DNA of 64,000 nt from NCBI RefSeq assembly GCF_009914755.1, contig NC_060931.1; one strand, 5' to 3'. The position numbers were made by a program, and so were the translations under genes. The DNA is from the human T2T-CHM13v2.0 reference genome, Homo sapiens. Below, piece after piece: positions 13,281-31,090 of this stretch. Under the pieces are notes generated by a model that was not told the DNA's origin, made no database searches, and was given only the letters and a program-made list of their open reading frames with translations. How positions within the stretch are numbered: position 1 is the stretch's first letter; every line of letters begins with the position of its first letter.

Positions 13281-14367
13281 GTCTAGAAATGTTTTGACAT
13301 TTTTCATTTTCTTGTGCTCAAACCTACCAGCCTCGCCTTCTCACCCTCTTCTCTTCATAGATAAGGAATTAATTCATTGTAATGTTCTCTTTTAATTCAG
13401 TAAGATCTGAGGAGGCATATAAGCCTCCTCAAGCCTCCAAACGTCTGCTGTCTGCCTGTTCTGTCCTCTTGAACTGGAAAGACAGAGTCCTCATTCTTAT
13501 ACTCTGTAATATACTGATGATCTGCTTATTGATTATTGTCTTCCATGTATGACTTTTAAGGTGCAACAGCCGGGACTCTGTGTAATTCCTTGTTCCTTAA
13601 TACAAGGCCAAGTATATAGTAAGCCTTCAAAACGCGTTTGTTGAATGAATAAATTAATATCCTTATGTTTGAATTTTCTTTTCAAGGTGGTGAGGAACAG
13701 CTATTTTTTTCTTCTGAATACACATTTAAAATCGCCTTTACCTATTAATAATCGATTTTTATATCCTTTTTCAAGATTAGGTATATAAACGATGGTTAAT
13801 CTTTTCGGGAATGGAGAGGACCTCGTGTTCTAGATGCATGCCAGCCTACTTATTTGCATTCTACCTCATTCTACTTATTCATCTTTGTTTTTTTGTTTTT
13901 AACTGAGTAATGTAGTATATTATTTTTTCTTCACAGTGTTGCATTATTTTATATGTTAACAAGTAGTAGCTTAAGTAACCGTATGTTTTGTAGCTGAGGA
14001 AATACCTGCATAATGATCCAGAGTGTTTTAGGAGCAGTATATTTCAATTATTTTTCAAATGTGATTTTTCAAAAAAAGTCTGTGTGAAATAATTGCAAAG
14101 GATGATTGTGAAACAGAAGAATTTTAAAATAGGAATAAGAATAAAATCTGAGTTGAGTAGTTTTTACTGTGTTTTGATGTATATTTGTATTTGTGTTTCT
14201 CTTCTTGACCATCTATTATTTAAAATCATTTCTCACATAAATTAAGAAAGACGTACTGAGTTCTTAAATGGTTTTGATAGTAGACATTTCCTTTGGAGTA
14301 CATTTGTCATTTCTTGTACTGCAGTAAATGTGTTTTGAGTCATGATGTCTTTAATAGTACCAATTTA

Positions 14368-14744
<377 letters not shown>

Positions 14745-14891
14745 TTAAGCAAATGGCCTGTTTTAAGATCTTCTGTAGAAGAAAGTATAGAGCATTTTTT
14801 AATAGATATGCTTCTTTTCCTCTTATTTCCCACAAAAAAGAGACAGAACTGGGGACTTGCAGTTATTTGTTATTTGATTCTTCCCATCCCT

Positions 14892-15369
14892 CTTGAACCC
14901 TTCCAATACATTAGCAAGTTTGTAAATGCAGAAGTTTAATTCATTGTGTTTTTTGTTTTTCTGTGAGTATATCTGATTATATATTTAGAGGAAAAGGAAT
15001 GGGATATTGGCATCTTCCAAAAGAAGGAATGAGAAAGATATGTTCTTTGTACCCTGTGGATATTGAGCTCTTGAATGATACAGTGATAAAGAAATGTTCT
15101 TGGCCTCTGACCCAAGATTTCACAGGGCTAGGATTCAGGGCAATGGGCAGTATCTTGCATGTATCATTTTTCTTCTTGCTTTTCTACTTTTGCTATATAT
15201 GTATAAGCTTATGAAAAATAAATATTTTCTTAAATATATTTTATTTTCCTCTATTAAACTTACACATTTTCAAAGAAATTATTTTAAATGGAAACTCCTA
15301 GAAAAGAGAACCAATGTTGTTTGTTTGTACAGTGTCAGTTGTAGAAGAGTGTAGGAGTTCCATAAAAAT
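14892..15369. repeat. Right arm of ~475-bp inverted duplication
   Basis: Reverse complement of 10837-11309. Confidence 0.95.
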
Positions 15370-15421
15370 TTGGGAAACAGTAAAATGTAGTAAGAGGAAA
15401 ATATCATTGTATTATTTATAT

Positions 15422-15570
15422 TAGTACTCTCCAATATAACTTTCCAAGATGATAGAACTGTTCATAATCTGTGCTGTCCCATGCAATAGCCATTAGCCAC
15501 ATGAAACTACTGAGTACTTGAGACATGGCTACTGTGAGGGAGTGCAATGTTTCATTATATTTAAATATTT
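15422..15570. mobile_element. MER3-like hAT fragment
   Basis: atctgtgctgtcc...tagccattagccacatg...tgagtacttga. Confidence 0.65.
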
Positions 15571-15660
15571 TAGTATAATAATTTTATTTTCTTTTTATAA
15601 TTATAGACTAACAGATTTTAATTTTGTTCTGCTTAATTTTTTATTCTTTTTTCTTTTCAG

Positions 15661-15782
15661 GAAAATATATGCAGATGATGAACATTCTTAAGCCAATTGC
15701 CTTTGATGTTATTCATTTCATGTCTCAACTATTTGATTATTACTTGTATGCAATATATACCTTTTTTGGTCGGAATGATTCA
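15661..15782 (+). CDS. VPS50: VPS50 coding exon ([11 protein letters not shown]...FFGRNDS)
   Basis: Long polypyrimidine tract with cag|GA, donor TCA|gtaagt; 122 nt; lies inside ORF 15624..15821. Confidence 0.96.
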
Positions 15783-16088
15783 GTAAGTCCACCTTTAGAG
15801 GGAAAAAAATCTTTCTTTTAAAATTTATTTTATAAATGTCAAAGTTTTTCATTCTCTCTATAGAAGATACACAAATAACATTATTTTGGGGATTATGCAT
15901 CAAAAACAAAATTATTGATATCAGCCTTCTGTCTGCCTTATTGCCTTACTTTTATATTAATTTTAAGCTTTGGTATGATAAACACATTCAAATTTTTGGC
16001 AGAAAAAGTGCAACATCTGTTTCTAACCTTGACATATTTTGGCAATGAAAAATGTGCAGGTTGCTTTTTTTAAATCTGGCTCCATCTA

Positions 16089-18562
<2,474 letters not shown>

Positions 18563-19174
18563 AAAATAATGAAAAATATTTATTAAAATAATTGAAAATC
18601 TGAACTGAGCCATCTACCTGCCGTAGAATTAATGTTTTTCTGCACCTCCTTTCTGTGTTTCCAAAGCTCTTATTGAGTGTATCTTTTTCTGCTACTCACA
18701 GAAAATAACACAATATTAGGCAGGTAACTAATTTGATACTTTAAAATTAATTATGTGGTTTGCATAGATGTTTGACAGTTTTCTGTGTAAAAACATTCCA
18801 TTGAGTCCTATGAATATAATACTACTTATGTTTCATATCTTTTTAAAAATGTAAATTTCAATGTATAACTACATTCATTATATAAATATTTATATCCTTG
18901 CTGTGATCACAAGTATGTCAAAGACATAATCATTTTATATAGGACCTGAATTTCCTGGGTTCTTAATTCTGAAAAATATTACTTAGAAAGAATGCTAATA
19001 TGACCAGTGACAAAATGTTGCTACAGAATTTATATACTATAAAGTATGTATTAATTCATCACCCTGAATTTGGAAACTCACTAAATAAATATTGAGGAAG
19101 ACATTGTAGAGTTTTAGCTAATTGTCAGAATGTTTTAGTCTTGTAGGTGAGCCTTACTTTGTCTTTTGGGCCAT

Positions 19175-19391
19175 GCCTCTAGACCAGTCCTAAGAAATTT
19201 CACAATAGTGGAAACGTTCTATATTAGCAATGTCTGGTATGGTAACCACTAGCCACACATGGCTGTTGAGCGCTTGAAATATGTATGACTAATGACTTAG
19301 GAACTGTATTCTTAATTGTATCCAATTTTAGTTAATTTAATCTTTAAATATAAATAGCCACGTGTGACTACTATCATATGGGACAGAACAG
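19175..19391. mobile_element. MER3 DNA transposon
   Basis: ggaaacgttctatat...ccactagccacacatggctgttgagcgcttgaaat...aaatagccacgtgtg. Confidence 0.75.
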
Positions 19392-22300
19392 TTCCAGACC
19401 ACATTATTGATAAGATGTGTTAAAATAAATAAGATCTTTCTGAAACTTTTGGGAACCAAATGGTTTTGGGCATGATTTCCCAGCTCATTATATACTGACA
19501 CAGAATTTTTTCAGAATGGCATTTACTAGTACCCCAGAAATTTAGCAAAGTATAGTTAGGTACTTATTGTAAAATATATTGCATATTTGATTTAAGGTTT
19601 GTTATGAACACACTAATCTGATATTTTATATTTAAACCATTTTCAATTCTGTAAGACTCAGTAAGAGCTATTTAATTATACTGAAACAAAGAAAATCTAT
19701 AAATAAATAGCACAAATAGGCACATGCGGGTGTATAATACTGAAGTGGTAGTTTTTAATTTCCGAAGAGAATAAGCTTTTCAGGCCCATTAGAAATCACA
19801 GAATTTTTCATACTCATAAAAATAAATAAATACTCCAAATTTACCCCATTAGCTGTTGAATGTTTGTTAGTGGTACCGGGGAGGGGGAATCAGGTAATGT
19901 GTAGAATGGGAAGAACAGGTTATGTGGTGGTATCTGCTTTTCTGTCAGAAGAAAGGGACTTGTGTGAGAGAATTTAGATGGATGCTTCTTGTGGAAAAAT
20001 AAGTATCTTTTTCTCAGGGGTTCTGGCTTCTAGAAATCATTGGTTGGGGACACAGTATATACATTAGTTCAAAGGATTACTCCTATTAATACTATTCCCT
20101 CCAGAAACTCCTGCTATTCACTGAACTGGTTATAACCTACTACCTCATGCTCTATTTTATATCTGATCCATTGGATTCTATTATAATAATGCTACTCATG
20201 GTATTGCTTTATCTTGCCTTGTCCCCAGCTTTCCATTGTTCACCTCTTAAATTATGTTTTCTTTGGTCTTTCTGGTTCACATTTTTTTGTGAAGACCATT
20301 CTGTAACTTACTTAAAACAGTAGTAAACACATAGCAGACACTCATGGCATATGGATTGATCTAATTATTTGCCATCCCAGTAAATCTTACGAAGGTTCTT
20401 ACTTGACAACAGTTTGTGAGCCTCATTTAAGGTTACCTTTCATTAGTAAAACGGTTTCTTTGTAGAGAGCCTATATAAATAGGTATCTATATATTTAAAA
20501 AATGAATTAACTTCCAATTCCGGGTATGACAGACTAAACCCTTTCTAGATAAGATTTCCTGCAGAAAACAACTATAAAATCTGAATACTATAGAAAAGGC
20601 AACTATTTGAAGACGCTGGAGAGTAAACAGAAGCAGCAAATAGACTGTGGTGGGGGGTCCATGCTAGTCTGCAGATGGGAGAAAGGGGAGCTATGAAAAT
20701 AAACTTTATCCCTGTGGCTTTTAGTTCAGTTCTAAGTGCAGTCCATGCGGCCCACGGTGGGGAACAAGCACAAGAAAACCTGAAGTTTTTATGGACTGGA
20801 GAATCAGAAAAGTGGAGCTAGAAAACTGGAAACACTGAAAATAGTGGAGGACGCTCAGAAGAAAAAAATCCAGAGAGAGGATTTCCAAATTCAGTCCACC
20901 TATATCTCGGACTGTGAGATATGTGATTCCATGATCCATGATTATATGGAACAAACTGACTGCAGCCCAGTGAAAGAAAAAAAATATAAACGGAGACCAA
21001 AGCTGCTGCACAAGAGACAGTTTATAGTTAAAGCCCAGCCAAGAAACTTATGTACTGAAAACAAAGGAAATGGTATTTATGGGAGAAAAATGACTAGTAT
21101 CCAGAATCTCCAGAATGAAATTGGTGATGTAATCCAACTTTACCTAACAGACACAGCACCAAATCAATCTAGTTTAACTCTAAGATATTGGAACCAAGGA
21201 ATAAGGATTTTAAATGGGCTTTTATCCTTGTCTTCAATGAATTAAAACAAAATATATTTTAAATGCATGAACATCTCAGCAGAGAAATAGTAAATTCTGG
21301 TAGTGACAATAATAAAAAACCAAAGGGAAATCCTAGAAATGAAAAATACAATTTCAAAAAACAACAAAAAATTTACTCAATATACTTAACAGCCAAATGG
21401 ACATGACAGAAGAAAGAATATGTGAACTTAAAGATAAATCAAAGTTATACAAAGTGAAGAGCGTAAAAAAGGATTAAAAGGAAAAAAGTCTCACAAACAT
21501 GTTCGATTATATCACATGGTAAAACATACATGTAATTGGAATACTAGATGGAGAAGAAGAGAGAGAGAATGGGTCAGAAAAAATATTTGAAAAAACACTG
21601 GCCAAAATTTTGCAGACACAAGATGCTAAATGAACAGCAAGAAGAGGAAGCATAAAGAAATGTACAGCAGAGTACCTATGATGAAACTTTTTCTTGAAAA
21701 CCATAGTAGATGTATTATATAAAAGGGACCAATAATCTGATTAACAGCTGACTTCCCATTAAAAAGCTATGGGGATGAGAAGAGAGTTAACACCTTGAAG
21801 GTACAAAAGAAAAAGAAATAATGTCTATTCAGAATTTTATATCCAGTAAAAACGTCATTCGAGAATGAAAGTGAAATTAAGATACTTTTAGATAAAAAGA
21901 ACAAAAATACTAAGAGAATTTGTCACAAGGGACATATAAGAATTCCTAAAGGAAGTTATTAAACTGAAGGGGAATGATAACACATGAAAACCTAGATCCT
22001 CAGAAAAGAGTAAAGAGCCTTGGTAATGGAATCTACCTGTGGAAATTCAAAAGATAATTTTTTTCTTTTTCCACTTTCTTTATAAACCATAGAGCTGTTT
22101 AACACTGAAATCATAGCATAGTCTTCCTGGAGTTCATAATATATGTAGATGTATTACATATAAAAACTGCAACAAAGTATGTGGGGAGTTATGATGTATA
22201 AGATTGCAAGATTTCTGTATATTAGTAAAGCAGTGATGAGTATTGTAATCCATAGGACAACCATGAAACATAATACAAATAACTTTAACTTTTAGCCAAC

Positions 22301-22522
22301 AGGAATATTAAAGTAGAAATCTAAAAATATATAATTACAAGAGGCAGGAAAGGAAGAACCAAGGAGGGAAAATAGAGAGAAAATATAACAGTAGGTGCAA
22401 ACTCAACTAATCATTACATTAGATGATAATGGACTAAACTCTCAAATGGCAGATTGTCAGAATGGATTAAAAACAAAGTCCACACTAAAAAACAAAAAGA
22501 CATACTTTAAATATAAAAAATA

Positions 22523-22860
<338 letters not shown>

Positions 22861-24148
22861 CTAGTCTTTGTCATAAGATAAGAAATATAAGGCATATGGA
22901 TTGGAAAAGAAGTTAGGTTGTCCTTAATTGCAGATGACATGGGAAACCCTAAGGAATCCACAAATAAGCTTCTAGAACTAATAAGTACATTTAGCAAACT
23001 CCTAGAATATAAAGTCAGTATACAAAAATCAATAATAATCAAGTTTGAAAATAAAAAAAAATTTTTAAAAGCTTTACTTACAATAACATCAAAATTTTTT
23101 AGAAATGTAACAGATAACTTGATAGGCTTGTACCCTGAAAATACTAAAGCATTAGAAATGGAATTAAAGACTATGTAAATAAATAATGAGATACACCATG
23201 TGCATATATTAGAAAACTCAATATTGTAAAGGTGGCAGTCTTCCCCAAATCTATAGGTTCAGTACAATCCCAATCAAAACTGTAACAAGGTTTTTTTTTT
23301 TTTTTTGAAGAAATTTAGAAGTTTATTTTAAAATTGATACAAAAAGCAAAAGATTCATAATGGCCAAAACATTTTTGAAGACCAGAGTTAGAGGATTTTT
23401 ATACCTGATTTCACAAAGACTTACTCCAGAGCTACAGTAATTGATAAAATGTGGTACTGGCCTAACGGTAGATAAGTGCAACAGAAATAGACACACTTAC
23501 ATGGTCAACTGATTTTTGAAAAGAGCACTAAGGCAGTTCATTAGAGAAAATAGTTTTTTTAGCAAGTGGTGTGGGTACACTTGGATATAAGTATGAAAAG
23601 AAAAAAAAAGCCTCAACCCCTTCATACCATACACAAGAATATAAATAAACATTGTTTGTAAGACCTAAAGAAGTTCCAAAACTATGAAACTTCTAGAAAA
23701 AACTAGGAGAAAATCTTTGTGACATTTGGGTTAGGCATATGCTTCTTTGAAAAGACACAAAAAGCATGAAGCATAAAAGAAAATATTGATAAAATGGGCT
23801 TCCTCATGGTTAACAACGTTTGCTAAAGAGGTAGAAATATGAAAAGGCAAGTCAGACCAGGAGAAAATTTTGCAAACCATATTGAGAAAGGGCATGTTTA
23901 CACAAAGTGTAAACAACTCTTATAACTCAATAAGAAAACAACCCACGTAAAAAATGGGAAGAGATTTTATCAGGTATCTGCACTGCAAAAGAAGATATGA
24001 GAATGGCTAATTAGCACATGAGAAGATGTTTGACATCACTGTCATCAGAGAAGTGCATGTTAAAAGCACATTGCAATACTTCTGTGCAACCACTAGAATG
24101 GCTAGTTAAAAGGCCTGACAGTATTAAGAATTGGCAAGTTTGTGGAGC

Positions 24149-24541
24149 CTTAGTCTGCTCCAACTTCCATAGCAGAATAGCATAGACTCGGCTGCTAAAG
24201 AACAGAAATTTATTTCTCACAGTTCTGGAGGCTAGAAAGTCCAAGATCAAGGTGGTGGCCAATTCATTTTCTGATGGAAGCACCCTTTCTGGCTAGCAGA
24301 TGGTTGCTTTCTGCCTGTGTCTTCACATGGCCTTTCCTTTGATCATGTGGAAGGAGACAGTAAGCTCTCTAGTGTCTCTTCTTATAATGGCACTAATCCC
24401 ATCATACCAGGGACCCACCCTCATGACCTCAGCTAAAGCTGATTTTATCTCCCAAAAGCCCCACCTCCAAATGCTATCACATTAAGGGTTAGGGTGTCAA
24501 CATGCATTTTGAGGGAAAACACAAACGTTTAGTCCATGACA
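24149..24541 (-). mobile_element. MLT1A-type MaLR LTR
   Basis: aacagaaatttatttctcacagttctggaggctagaaagtccaagatcaagg. Confidence 0.8.
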
Positions 24542-26172
24542 TGGAACAAATAGAATTCACATACATTGTGTGAAGAAATGAAAACAGTACAGCTACTTTA
24601 GAAAACAACGTGGAAGTACCTTATAAGGTTAAAAACATATTTAGTATATGAATTAGAAAATCGATTTCTAGTTATTTACCCAAGATAAGTGAAAATAATA
24701 TATGTCCCGACAAGGACACACACATGAATGTTCATGGTGACATTATTCAAATAGCCCAAAACTGGAACCCAAATGTTAATTGACCGAATCAGTAAACTGA
24801 ACAAGTAAAGAGATTGTACTGTATCCATACTACTAAATACAATAAAGCAATAAAACACTACAAAATACCACCAGACTCAACACGGATGAATCTCAAAAGC
24901 ATTCTGAGTAAAACACATCAAACACAAAAGATTATATACTATGTGATTCCATTTATATGAAATTTTAGAAAAGGCAAAAACTACAGTGAGAGAAAGCAGG
25001 TCAGGGGTTAAGGGTGAGGGAAGGGGATAAGGGCAAAAGGTATGAGGACATTTTTAAGGGGGAGGGAACTCTATTATGGTGCTGGTTGCGAGATTGTATG
25101 TTATTACCAAATTCATCAAACTGTATACTTAAAAGGACTGAATGTAATTTATATATAAATAATACCTTAATGAAAATAGAAGAAAAATGGATTAATGAAG
25201 TTTATAAAACCTGGAGAAAATAAAATGTATTAAATATTATAAAATTAGTTCATGTTTTATTGCACAGTGTTATGGCACAACTATTTTCACGTAAGACTCT
25301 GACACGTGTAAATAATTTCTCATTCTTGTATCTCAAATGGGAGAGGAAGAGGAATAATAAATGTTCATGTATGCTTGTGTGTGTGTATAGTCACACTCAT
25401 ACATACATAATTTCTATGACTATGTTAATGACATACATTTTATAGCTTACTCTTAATAATGTTTTAAATTTATTGGCTCACAGAGAACATTGTAACATTT
25501 TTCCAAATGCCTTTAACTATGTATGATTACCTCTAAATTAAATTTATTTTCATCAATGGAATCATCACACAAGGAGCTGACTAACTGGCTTTTCATGTCT
25601 TATTCTTACCCTTCTCATTTATGCTCTTGTGTGAAGGTTTTTATAAATGCTTTGGCTTTGTTGTAGTGAATAGATTTCTATCTATACTGTGAAATGTTTA
25701 CTAAGCCTAATAGAAAATCGTATTGATTTTTGAATGAGGAGTTAAGCTATCGCTAATTTGTATAAGAAAAATAACCAAAAAATATAAATAACTTTATGTT
25801 GTTATGCTGCCACATGAACACAGCACAGCATACCTTACATACAACAGAGTGTAATATGTTTATCTAAAATCTCAAGTTTTGCAACTAAAAATAATGACTC
25901 GCGAGAAAGAAATTCTGGAGAACTCTCTCCTGATAATTCTTAAGATTGATAGATGTTAGTGTGTCCTATAAATGCACACAGGTAAGTGTTTCTTTGGTTC
26001 CCTTGAGATTTGACTCCTTTGTTTGATGTGCTAGAATTTGTAAATGCAATTTGGAAACCCTCTGAAGGCTAAGTATCTGAGTGAAAACTCATCAAATATC
26101 TTGGTTAATTTGAAGATGTAACATTTGCAAGATGATCTTTAGAACGATATAACAAGCCTTTTTCTTTTTCAG

Positions 26173-26253
26173 TTGGAATCAACTGGACTCGGCCTTAGTA
26201 GTAGTAGACTAAGAACAACTCTAAACAGAATACAAGAAAGCCTTATTGATCTA
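26173..26253 (+). CDS. VPS50: VPS50 coding exon ([27 protein letters not shown])
   Basis: Acceptor tttttcag|TTG, donor CTA|gtaagt; 81 nt, symmetric phase 0-0. Confidence 0.94.
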
Positions 26254-28571
26254 GTAAGTAACGAATTGGAATAAATTCTTTTGGATTATATAAAATGGAA
26301 ATTAGCTATTCAATCAATTTCATATAAATGTGTGTCTATATGTATTGAGTAGCTGAGTCCTCAGAATTAAATGAGTGCATATAGGAAGTAAAACAGAGGT
26401 TGCTTATAGTCTGATCAGAGAGAAACTAGTATACATAAAAGAATATGATATTGGGCTTATATCTAGCACAAGTTCAAAGAAGAGAAAGGTTTATGTGAAA
26501 AACTAATATCAGAGGAGGACTAAAGGAAGAAGTAACACTTGTGCTAGGCTTCGAAGACCAGGCATAGGATTAATGGGAGAGAGAAAAGTCTTTAAATTAA
26601 GGTACACAGGGTGAGCAAGGGCCTTGAGGTGGGTGCAGCCCGAAGTTTGACAGATCTTATGATTGGGACACTGGTATATGCTGCCGAGTTAGGTTGCAGA
26701 GAGTGTCTGGGACACTTTATAAACGGCTTTGAAATTCAAGGAGAAAGTTTGGGTTTAGTTTGCTGTGTAGTAGGGAGCCTGGTTCTTGACTGTTGTCACA
26801 GGATGAAATACATGTTTTAAGAAGATAGGTTAGATAGCAACACAGGGTTGACCTCCTGTACTGTTTCAGCTAACATAAGCATTTAAAATGAGAAAATCTT
26901 TTTTTCTTGTGGTTGGTCACTGTAGCCGGAAATTTATGTTATTCAGACGTTTCTCCACATCTACTTTAACCCCAGGCTTCTCTGACTTTTCCTTTATTCC
27001 TTCAACCTAACACAAACAAGCAATCATTTTCCTCCTTTTTCATAAGCTCTATATTATGTGCTTACCTCTGTTATTGAAGCTTTTTATAAAGCCATGATTA
27101 TTAATTCTTTTAAGAAATACTGTTGCAACAATTGTTATATGCCAGGCATTGTTAAAGAGCTGGGAATTCATCAGTGCACAGAAGAGATATTTCCTGTCTT
27201 GGAACTTGTATTTTTTTGGAGCAGAGAGACAAACAAATGTGTAACATAGTGTCAGATACTCATGAGTACTAAGATGAAACTGAAGCGGTGATAGGATGGG
27301 GATCTTGAGCAGAGATGTGAATAATGTGAGTGAGGCATGTACTGATATCTCAGGTGAGCGCTGTTTGGGCAGAAGAAATAAATGGTATCCTTCTCTCTTA
27401 ACATTTGGAGATCCTTTTACCCAACACATTTTTAAAAATATAGTCATATCACTTACCTTGGCACATAACATTGCTTCAGTAAATGTTCATAGAGTAGGTG
27501 AATATACCCCAGTCGCTGAGTTTCTTGTTTCTTGGCATAACTTGGCTTGTTTTTTTGGTTTTGATATTTGTTTAATCCTTGATCTTCAATTTCAGAGTCA
27601 AGGCTCCTTATTTGATCCACCCTTTTTGTTTCTCTTTTTTCTTTTCTTTTTTGTTTTTAGTCTTTGTTTTGTAAAATCCATTGGTCTCAGCCCCACTTGC
27701 AGTTTTCTGTGTTTCGATTTTGATTCTTCTTATTTGATACTTAAGTATAACCTTGAGCATCAAATCTTATTCTCCAGATCTTAGTCCACAGCTAAAGTTT
27801 TTCTTGGTTCTTACTGAAAGTCCCAAGATTGATGGGCCAGATTTTACCACTAGGGCCATTCACCCTGGCATTTCTGTGTCATCCCTGCTAGCTACTATCT
27901 TGTGATCATCAAACTCCAGTTCTAGATTTGACCCTTAAGATGTGGATTTCTGCCTCAGATTTTACCACATAGTGTATAATGAATTATTACTCATACTGAT
28001 AAACATTGGTTTGTTATTTTAGAAAATATATTTGTCATTTACTAGAACTTGCTTGATCTCAGGATTTTTTAAGCTGGTATGTATTAATTTTCTTCACTTC
28101 ATTAATTTGCATTTACAATGGCAGAGTACATTAATTGATTTCTTGCTACTCAATACATTCTTTGGCTACTAAAATAATTTATAGCTTAATCAATCTGAAA
28201 CCAACTAGATGGAAGTAATATTTTTCCTTATATTTCTCTTGCACGTCAGTTAAAATCTTAATAAATACTTTTTTGGTAATTTTATTTTCTCCATATAGAT
28301 ATTCTAAGTTTTACTTCTCTTTAAGCTGTAAAAGGCAAAATAGAATCATTGTGGTCTTAAAAGTGCCACCCGAAATAATTTATCATGTAAATTCAATGTA
28401 AACTAAGAAAATTTGTTTGTCACATCAAATAAAAATTTAAGAAAAGTTGTCTAATAGGAAAAGTAAGAAAGGAAGCTGGTATAGGCGATAGTGACAGCAG
28501 AAAGTTGAATTTTTAGTTATCCATTTGGTTATGCTAACTAAATTGTTTGCTTTAAGACCTTTAGCCAACTT

Positions 28572-28868
<297 letters not shown>

Positions 28869-30289
28869 TTTAGCCAACTTTAAATCTTTGATAATAAGTA
28901 TTTTAAATTTGTCCAGAAAAAGTCATAAATATGAATTCTCTTTGTAGTAGTACATTGGTGGTAGGAAAGGCTAAAAAATGTGACTCTCACTGTGAAAATA
29001 AAGGTGGTTAAGGTTTCATTTTTCAATCTTTAAAGGGTTATATCCTTTACTTATTGTACTCCTATAAACTGAAACAGCCAGTTTAGGAGCTTTTTATTTA
29101 AGTGTGCAGTAAGCACATACCATTTATTTATGTCAGCTTGACATTTTCGTGACTCTCTTGCTCTCTTCAAGCGTATTTTCCTAAATATAAACACAGAACT
29201 TTAGTCTTTAAGCAAATAATTATCATAAATTTTATGCCTCAAATGCCAGGCTTACAACTGGGAACAAAGGAAGGTATTTTAATGAAAGCCTTTTGAAGTG
29301 GGGGCAACAATTCCAGTGATCTTCTAAAGAATGCTTTTGTGAAAGAGCTCCCTGAGTAGAAGGGAACTCAGTGCATTTGTGTTGGAGGCACTAAGGAGGT
29401 AGTTAGGTAAATGCTTTTGGCTCCTCTTGTCATATGGAAGATAACTGTATTCTCTCAGACTATAGATATACCCTCTCCTTGACTTCCATTATTTTCTAGA
29501 GCCACCTCCCTGTTCTATCCCTAATTAACTAGTTAGTACCTAAATTCAAAGAAACTTTTAGTTTTATAAATATATTGTGTATATGATATCTAATCCAAAA
29601 GAATGAAATTTAAAAGTAACTGCTATTATAAGTATGTGGTATTCATGGGGATCCTTGAGCTATTTTGAGTTTGAGATTGTACAATATTGTCAGAAAATTC
29701 ATATCAGATTTAGCTTAATTATACAATATTTTAAAAGCAGAAGTGTTTGATGCTTAGAGTTTTGTTATACTATTGGAGTATAATCTTCCAAGTTTTTACT
29801 CATAGAAGGAAACTTATCTGTGCTCACTTAACCTGTACAGCATTCATACATACCTAGTAACTGTCAGCTTCTGCTTGAACATCTCCAGTGATGTTTTTCT
29901 GGGAACTCATAACCACCCAAAGCAGCCCTGCTTGCCTTAAGTTTGCCTGATAGAATGTGCTTTGTTATGATGTAACCAAATATGCTTCTCTCTTGAACTA
30001 TTTTCTGTTATTTATATTTCTACCTCTTTTGGACCACTTTGAGTAGCCACCCATTTTGCCCAAGTAAGTCATTTCTTCTACCAGTTCCTTTATTCATTTT
30101 TCATGTTTCAGAGTTTTAGGTCTCCTCACCATTCTTTGACTTGTTCTGAAATAGGTATTTACAACTCTGAACTAAGAAGAAAGTTGAGAGCACTCTAAGA
30201 GGTATTGGAAGCAGACAGAAAACGAGCTATGTGATGAGGGTGCAGGATGAGATACAAGATAGTTGGATAGCTATCTTTATTACTAATTC

Positions 30290-31090
30290 ATTCCACAATA
30301 CATATTGCATGCCTAGGTACTTTGTGGTAGACTGATGGTCCCCGGAGTGGAGGAGGCAGTTAAGGAATAAATGAAGATCTAATTTAACATCAGATTGTGT
30401 TGAGAGCAATGAAGAAATTAGGTGAGAAGGACAGAGAGAGAAAGGGTGTAATTTTATTTGGGCAGTTAGAGAAGATCCCTCTGGAAAGGAACATTGAAGA
30501 AGATCCCTAAAGGAAATAGGAGAGTGAGCCACCCTTATTCAACAAATGTTTATATAGTATCTGTTTGTTGAACACTATATATGGTGCCAAGCACTGTTCT
30601 AGGAATTAAGAATACAATTGTAGGGGAAGGTGGGGAAGCCAAACAAAACTCCCTACCCATGTAGAGTTTATTTTCTAGTAGGGGGAAGATATTTTGGGGA
30701 ACAGTGTTTTAGGCTAGAGTCAGTTGTAAACAGGTAATAGCATGGTAACATGTTTATAGACTTTTTCCTGGAAGGGTTGGATTGAGGCTTTAAAACCAGG
30801 GAGTGTTATGATCACATCTCTATTTGAGAAAGTTCACATCAGTATTGTAGAAAAATCAATCAGTTAACTGTGTGGAAACTGGCATAGAAATAGGAGATGC
30901 TAGAGACAGAGCTCTCTATTCATGGGCTTTTAGAATAGTCCAGTCAAGACTGCTAAGGAGCCTGTGACCTGTTTAAATAGTAACATCCGGAAGGAACAAA
31001 CAAGAGAGGTGTCTGTTTAGGCATGTTTTAGTGATTGATTGGATGTGGAAGGTGAGGAAGAAGGGGAGTCATGAATGACTGTAAGGTTCC
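30290..31090. mobile_element. L2 fragments
   Basis: attcaacaaatgtttat...gtgccaagcactgttctagg (L2 3' end motif). Confidence 0.55.

Noticed and set aside
14963-15354. Paralogous ORF pairs (14963..15214 with 11003..11275; 15094..15354 with 10914..11111) suggesting a duplicated small gene
   Set aside because: They are a by-product of the inverted DNA duplication. Indels shift frames between the arms, and there is no splice or promoter support.
20844-21245. 133-aa ORF
   Set aside because: It lies in the A-rich 5' region of a decayed L1M and has no recognisable domain.
27049-27784. Overlapping 140-aa and 162-aa ORFs
   Set aside because: They run over L2-like and T-rich low-complexity sequence with no coding signature.
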